Source of the DNA: Octopus sinensis
Lineage: Eukaryota
Direction of reading: 5' to 3'
DNA: 29,195 bases
NCBI RefSeq assembly: GCF_006345805.1
Contig: NW_021833150.1
Location: 1-29,195, forward strand
Made by a program: the position numbers and the translations under genes. The notes beneath the pieces are model-generated. The model worked only from the letters and a program-made list of their open reading frames with translations. It did not search any database and was not told the origin of the DNA. Positions 22,756 through 29,195 of this stretch are shown here, piece by piece (position 1 is the first letter of the stretch; every line of letters starts with the position of its first letter).

Positions 22756-23048
22756 GTTATCCGTAATAATGAAGGTTGAAATTAATTAATTTGGAATAAT
22801 TATCATATTACACCAAGTAGTCTTCGGCATGTAAAAGCCTCATTCGAGGAAAATTTAAGTAATACAAGCAATAAGGGTTTAGCAACGAATTGCCTTACCA
22901 CATACCGAATTAGAAATAGCAGTCAAAGGGTTATAGCTATTTCTTCTACTAAAAAGGGAGATCTCAGTAAAAACAGCAATTGGAAGGCTGACACAAACAG
23001 GTAAGTGAGAATGAATTAACTGCAATCTATCAAACATTTTTAAAGTTA

Positions 23049-23155
23049 TCTACGGACGTACGTTTCGAAATCAAGTTTTTAGGAAAGCATAAGAATTAAA
23101 TATTAAATATTAAATAATTCTATCTTACCGAAACTTCTTTTCTCTTCAGCGTAGA
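23049..23155 (-). ncRNA. Type I hammerhead ribozyme, unit 1 (intact core)
   Basis: Minus strand reads UCUACG-CUGAAGA-G...C-GAAA-CGUACG-UC-CGUAGA: 6-bp helix I, conserved core, GUC cleavage triplet. Confidence 0.8.
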
Positions 23156-23645
23156 ATACTATAATCATAAATGATTATATATTGAATTTTGAGATACTAG
23201 GAGGCACCAACTCAACTCAGTATCAGAGCGAGCTAGAATCCGCAACTAGTATCCACCGAATTCAATTTGTGAATGAAACGATTGTGTCAACAGCCCCTTC
23301 CACCCGCGTGTAGCCAAAACAGATGCTGTGGACATCTACTGAATAAAATATGGTTATCCGTAATAATGAAGGGTGAAATTAATTAATTTGGAATATTATC
23401 AATTACACCAAGTAGTCTTCGGCATGTAAAAGCCTCATTCGAGGAAAATTTAAGTAATACTAAGCAATAAGGGTTTAGCAACGAATTGCCTTACCACATA
23501 CCGAATTTAGAAATAGCAGTCAAAGGGTTATAGCTATTTCTTCTACTAAAAAGGGAGATCTCAGTAAAAACAGCAATTGGAAGGCTGACACAAACAGGTA
23601 AGAGAGAATGAATTAACTGCAATCTATCAAACATTTTTAAAGTTA

Positions 23646-23752
23646 TCTACGGACGTACGTTTCGAAATCAAGTTTTTAGGAAAGCATAAGAATTAAATAT
23701 TAAATATTAAATAATTCTATCTTACCGAGAACTTCTTTTCTCTTCAGCGAGA
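23646..23752 (-). ncRNA. Type I hammerhead ribozyme, unit 2 (helix I damaged)
   Basis: Core intact, but cgtagaatac is changed to cgagatac, shortening helix I; mutation or sequence error. Confidence 0.6.
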
Positions 23753-24244
23753 TACTATAATCATAAATGATTATATATTGAATTTTGAGATACTAGGAGG
23801 CACCAACTCAACTCAGTATCAGAGCGAGCTAGAATCCGCAACTAGTATCACCGAATTCAAATTTGTGAATGAAACGATTGTGTCAACAGCCCCTTCCCAC
23901 CCGCGTGTAGCCAAAACAAGATGCTGTGGTCATCTACTGAGATAAAATATGGTTATCCGTAATAATGAAGGGTGAAATTAATTATTTGGAATAATTATCA
24001 ATTACACCAAGTAGTCTTCGGCATGTAAAAGCCTCATTCGAGGAAAATTTAAGTAATACTAAGCAATAAGGGTTTAGCAACGAATTGCCTTACCACATAC
24101 CGAATTTAGAAATAGCAGTCAAAAGGTTATAGCTATTTCTTCTACTAAAAAGGGAGATCTCAGTAAAAACAGCAATTGGAAGGCTGACACAAACAGGTAA
24201 GTGAGAATGAATTAACTGCAATCTATCAAACATTTTTAAAGTTA

Positions 24245-24351
24245 TCTACGGACGTACGTTTCGAAATCAAGTTTTTAGGAAAGCATAAGAATTAAATATT
24301 AAATATTAAATAATTCTATCTTACCGAAACTTCTTTTCTCTTCAGCGTAGA
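24245..24351 (-). ncRNA. Type I hammerhead ribozyme, unit 3 (intact core)
   Basis: Same motif as unit 1. Confidence 0.8.
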
Positions 24352-24845
24352 ATACTATAATCATAAGATTATATATTGAATTTTGAGATACTAGGAGGCA
24401 CCAACTCAACTCAGTATCAGAGCGAGCTAGAATCCGCAACTAGTATCACCGAATTCAAATTTGTGAATGAAACGATTGTGTCAACACAGCCCCTTCCCAC
24501 CCGCGTGTAGCCAAAACAAGATGCTGTGGACATCTACTGAGATAAAATATGGTTATCCGTAATAATGAAGGGTGAAATTAATTAATTTGGAATAATTATC
24601 AATTACACCAAGTAGTCTTCGGCATGTAAAAGCCTCATTCGAGGAAAATTTAAGTAATACTAAGCAATAAGGGTTTAGCAACGAATTGCCTTACCACATA
24701 CCGAATTTAGAAATAGCAGTCAAAGGGTTATAGCTATTTCTTCTACTAAAAAGGGAGATCTCAGTAAAAACAGCAATTGGAAGGCTGACACAAACAGGTA
24801 AGAGAGAATGAATTAACTGCAATCTATCAAACATTTTTAAAGTTA

Positions 24846-24945
24846 TCTACGGACGTACGTTTCGAAATCAAGTTTTTAGGAAAGCATAAGAATTAAATAT
24901 TAAATAATTCTATCTTACCGAAACTTCTTTTCTCTTCAGCGTAGA
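24846..24945 (-). ncRNA. Type I hammerhead ribozyme, unit 4 (intact core, helix II loop 7 nt shorter)
   Basis: Same motif; one taaatat repeat is missing from the apical loop of helix II. Confidence 0.8.
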
Positions 24946-25446
24946 ATACTATAATCATAAATGATTATATATTGAATTTTGAGATACTAGGAGGCACCAA
25001 CTCAACTCAGTATCAGAGCGAGCTAGAATCCGCAACTAGTATCACCGAATTCAATTTGTGAATGAAACGATTGTGTCAACAGCCCCTTCCACCGCCCCCC
25101 CACCCGCGTGTAGCCAAAACAAGATGCTGTGGTCATCTACTGAGATAAAATATGGTTATCCGTAATAATGAAGGGTGAAATTAATTAATTTGGAATAATT
25201 ATCAATTACACCAAGTAGTCTTCGGCATGTAAAAGCCTCATTCGAGGAAAATTTAAGTAATCTAAGCAATAAGGGTTTAGCAACGAATTGCCTTACCACA
25301 TACCGAATTTAGAAATAGCAGTCAAAAGGTTATAGCTATTTCTTCTACTAAAAAGGGAGATCTCAGTAAAAACAGCAATTGGAAGGCTGACACAAACAGG
25401 TAAGAGAGAATGAATTAACTGCAATCTATCAACATTTTTAAAGTTA

Positions 25447-25552
25447 TCTACGGACGTACGTTTCGAAATCAAGTTTTTAGGAAAGCATAAGAATTAAATA
25501 TTAAATTTTAATAATTCTATCTTACCGAAACTTCTTTTCTCTTCAGCGTAGA
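25447..25552 (-). ncRNA. Type I hammerhead ribozyme, unit 5 (intact core)
   Basis: Same motif as unit 1. Confidence 0.8.
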
Positions 25553-25814
25553 ATACTATAATCATAAATGATTATATATTGAATTTTGAGATACTAGAGG
25601 CACCAACTCAACTCAGTATCAGAGCGAGCTAGAATCCGCAACTAGTATCACCGAATTCAAATTTGTGAATGAAACGATTGTGTCAACAGCCCCTTCCCAC
25701 TCGCGTGATTGAATTCGGTGATACTAGTTGCGGATTCTATCGCTCTGATACTGAGTTGAGTTGTGCCTCCTAGTATCTCAAAATTCAATATATAATCATT
25801 TATGATTATAGTAT

Positions 25815-25920
25815 TCTACGCTAAGAGAAAAAAGAGTTTCGGTAAGATAGAATTATTTAATATTTAATATTAATTCTTATGCTTTCCTAAAAACTTGATT
25901 TCGAAACGTACGTCCGTAGA
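25815..25920 (+). ncRNA. Type I hammerhead ribozyme, inverted unit A (core lesion)
   Basis: CTAAGA instead of CTGAAGA (G5 missing); rest intact; mutation or sequence error. Confidence 0.5.
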
Positions 25921-26408
25921 TAACTTTAAAAATGTTTGATAGATTGCAGTTAATTCATTCTCTCTTACCTGTTTGTCAGCCTTCCAATTGTGTTTTTTAC
26001 TGGATCTCGCTTTTTAGTAGAAGAAATAGCTATAACCCTTTCACTGCTATTTCTAATTCGGTATGTGGTAAGCAATTCGTTGCTAAACCCTTATTGCTTA
26101 GTATTACTTAAATTTTCCTCGAATGAGGCTTTTACATGCCGAAGACTACTTGGTGTAATTGATAATTATTCCAAATTAATTAATTTCACCCTTCATTATT
26201 ACGGATAACCATATTTTATCTCAGTAGATGACAACAGCATCTTGTTTTGGCTACACGCGGGTGGGAAGGGGCTGTTGACACAATCGTTTCATTCACAAAT
26301 TTGAATTCGGTGATACTAGTTGCGGATTCTAGCTCGCTCTGATACTGAGTTGAGTTGGTGCCTCCTAGTATCTCAAAATTCAATATATAATCATTATGAT
26401 TATAGTAT

Positions 26409-26515
26409 TCTACGCTGAAGAGAAAAGAAGTTTCGGTAAGATAGAATTATTTAATATTTAATATTTAATTCTTATGCTTTCCTAAAAACTTGATTTCGAA
26501 ACGTACGTCCGTAGA
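26409..26515 (+). ncRNA. Type I hammerhead ribozyme, inverted unit B (intact core)
   Basis: tctacg(26409-14) CTGAAGA(26415-21) helix II(26422-26497) GAAA(26498-501) cgtacg TC cgtaga; predicted cleavage after C26509. Confidence 0.85.
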
Positions 26516-27011
26516 TAACTTTAAAAATGTTTGATAGATTGCAGTTAATTCATTCTCACTTACCTGTTTGTGTCAGCCTTCCAATTGCTGTTTTTACTGA
26601 GATCTCCCTTTTTAGTAGAAGAAATAGCTATAACCCTTTGACTGCTATTTCTAAATTCGGTATGTGGTAAGGCAATTCGTTGCTAAACCCTTATTGCTTA
26701 GTATTACTTAAATTTTCCTCGAATGAGGCTTTTACATGCCGAAGACTACTTGTGGTGTAATTGATAATTATTCCAAATTAATTAATTTCACCCTTCATTA
26801 TTACGGATAACCATATTTTATCTCAGTAGATGACCACAGCATCTTGTTTGGGCTACACGCGGGTGGGAAGGGGCTGTTGACACAATCGTTTCATTCACAA
26901 ATTTGAATTCGGTGATACTAGTTGCGGATTCTAGCTCGCTCTGATACTGAGTTGAGTTGGTGCCTCCTAGTATCTCAAAATTCAATATATAATCATTTAT
27001 GATTATAGTAT

Positions 27012-27118
27012 TCTACGCTGAAGAAAAAAGAAGTTTCGGTAAGATAGAATTATTTAATATTTAATATTTAATTCTTATGCTTTCCTAAAAACTTGATTTC
27101 GAAACGTACGTCCGTAGA
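27012..27118 (+). ncRNA. Type I hammerhead ribozyme, inverted unit C (helix II closing pair G>A)
   Basis: Core intact; the base after CTGAAGA is A, so the G10.1-C11.1 pair is lost. Confidence 0.65.
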
Positions 27119-27304
27119 TAACTTTAAAAATGTTTGATAGATTGCAGTTAATTCATTCTCTCTTACCTGTTTGTGTCAGCCTTCCAATTGCTGTTTTTAC
27201 TGAGATCTCCCTTTTTAGTAGAAGAAATAGCTATAACCCTTTGACTGCTATTTCTCAATTCGGTATGTGGTAAGGCAATTCGTTGCTAAACCCTTATTGC
27301 TTAG

Positions 27305-27306
<2 letters not shown>

Positions 27307-27349
<43 letters not shown>

Positions 27350-27399
27350 GAGAGAGAGAGAGAGATATGTATGTATGTATGTATACAGATATATATAAA

Positions 27400-27449
<50 letters not shown>

Positions 27450-27587
27450 GCATATATATAATATATTTATATATAAAACATGCATATATATATACATATA
27501 TATATATATTTATACATATATATTTTTTATATATAATATATTTATATATATATATATATATAAATATATATATTGTATATATTTATA
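27307..27587. repeat. (TA)n-rich tract with (GA)n and (TATG)n
   Basis: Direct reading. Confidence 0.9.
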
Positions 27588-27980
27588 TACTAGCATTATC
27601 GCCCGGCGTTGCTCGGGTTGTAAGGGAATAACTATATAACATTTTTAGAGAGTTATAGCCAAAAATAGCAAAAAAATGCATTAGAAATTGAAAAAAATTA
27701 AGGTAAATTTTTTTTTAAATTGTTGACACATCGTAGATATTTTTAGAGAGTTATTTCCCTTATATAAAAGCGAAAAAAATGCATTAAAATGGAAAAATAT
27801 GATGGTAAATTTTTTTAAATCGTAGACTCATCGTAGACGCACGCTAATACCCAGAAGGGCTCGATATGAATCACGACTATAAGATACCCGCTTTTGGTTA
27901 AACTGCACCGCAAAATGTGGGAGTAGTTAGGAATCTAAATCGTAGGAGACAGACACACAACTTCACTCTTATATAAAGAT
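27588..27980 (+). mobile_element. Non-autonomous Helitron/Helentron-like element (Lep1/DINE-1 style)
   Basis: Begins tactagc...gcccggcgttgctcggg (5' subterminal palindrome cccg/cggg), has an internal direct duplication (atttttagagagttat...aaaaaaatgcatta) and ends agacagacacacaacttcactcttatataaagat, an architecture typical of these elements. Confidence 0.55.
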
Positions 27981-29195
27981 GCTTTTTTTTATTCAGTCAT
28001 AGAGTTAGATTTATGAAGGTCTTCAGTAGAAAATCCTTCGAATTCTGACTCGCGGCTTGATATAATGAAATTCGTATCCATTTTTTGTCAGAATTACAAA
28101 TTTTGAAAACACAGTGGGAAATGAGTAAAATTAAAACCAATTTACCTTTTCTGTCCGTCCGTGTGTCTTTGCAAATGTGTTGGAATGATAAGTAAGTTGT
28201 GATTTGGCGCCTTTTTTACTAATAACAAACACACACGTGTTTGTATGTAGTTGTATGTGTATGTAGTTGTATGTAGTTGTATATGTATGTGTATGCGTGT
28301 GTGTGAGGAATGACACACACACACTCACGCACGCACACATGTACATCAATGCTTTCGGAGTGATATTGTTAAAATATTGAGTTTTGTCGAATTTTGTCTT
28401 AATGGTGGTAAAATAGAAAGAAATTTTTTATGGCATCACCCACTGAAGTACTCTGAAAAATCTTAGGTAAACTCTAATTGAAGAAATTGTGTATTTATTT
28501 GTTTCTGTTTGCTGTGTTTTTTTATTTTTTGAGTAGTGGTTTAAATACTTTCACTTTAGTCTTCCTCAATCACTCTGTCGCTATTTACTTTCATTTTATT
28601 CGTCGCACACTGTGTGTGGTGCGTTTGCGTGTGGTGAAAACCAGACTAAGAAAAGCATTTGACACACACACCAGAATGTGAGTTTTCTGTAAATTTTGCT
28701 TAATTGGAGTTTAAATTTTAAAAACTGGACCTGGCATGACGCGATGCATTGTACTCTTAAAAATGCTAGGTAAATTGTAATTGAAGAAATCCTATATTGT
28801 AGATTTGTATAACTCCCAAAGGGAGGCAGATAAAATCTGCCTTTTATAATAAGAGATATATATATGTATATATATCTATACATATATGTATATATGTATG
28901 TATATGTGTATATAACACGAATACTTTACCTCAACCGGTCCAGCTCTCTTTAATATTATAGCAGAATACGTTAAAGCGAAAACAGATTCCATAAAATTCA
29001 AAATTTCTAAGGACAAATTTTCCCCCCAAAACTCTTCGACCAACCTCCAACACCCGGATATGTCTCCAACATTAAAAAGTCTTATGACTGAGATGGGAAT
29101 CAGATTCTAAACTGCTTCACCAGTTGGTGCTATTAAGTTATACATAGCCTGGGCCTATACTGGCTGAAATATATAACAATTGTGTGTGTGCATGT

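Larger units (their letters stand above)
22756..27306. mobile_element. Head-to-head array of ~600-bp hammerhead-containing units (retrozyme-like / Penelope pLTR-like)
   Basis: Unit starts (gttatccg) at 22756, 23353, 23952, 24552 and 25155; inversion at 25707/25709; ~2.7 reverse units to 27306; one hammerhead motif per unit; no ORF; (TA)n on both sides. The repeat is certain; the retrozyme classification is inference. Confidence 0.8.

Noticed and set aside
22756-27306. CRISPR-like or protein-coding interpretation of the array
   Set aside because: Eukaryotic context; units are near-identical over their whole length with no unique spacers, and there is no conserved ORF.
29060-29150. Minus-strand NLIAPTGEAV*NL resembling the PIF1/Helitron helicase APTGxAAxN motif
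   Set aside because: Single short motif with an internal stop and no Walker A upstream; chance match is plausible.

Overview
AT-rich, microsatellite-saturated eukaryotic DNA, most consistent with an octopus/cephalopod genome (inference from repeat style and gene family). Contents: (1) a 5'-truncated, frameshifted L1/Tx1-clade LINE (minus strand, ~120-2784) bracketed by (GATA)n; (2) a ~5.2 kb low-complexity block framed by ~1.1 kb inverted arms with Penelope-like remnants; (3) a minus-strand spliced gene for a spongin short-chain collagen/collagen IV NC1-like protein, with two well-supported exons (14718-14792, 12878-13374) and a ~3 kb tandem duplication partly in its upstream intron; (4) the highlight, a 4.55 kb array of ~600-bp units (22756-27306) flanked by (TA)n and arranged head-to-head. 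Each unit carries a type I hammerhead ribozyme motif with a palindromic helix III and an unusually long helix II, so the array looks like a retrozyme/Penelope-pLTR-type system; (5) a non-autonomous Helitron-like element near the end. Most ORFs in the track are microsatellite artefacts. All calls were made by eye, without alignment, folding or database searches.
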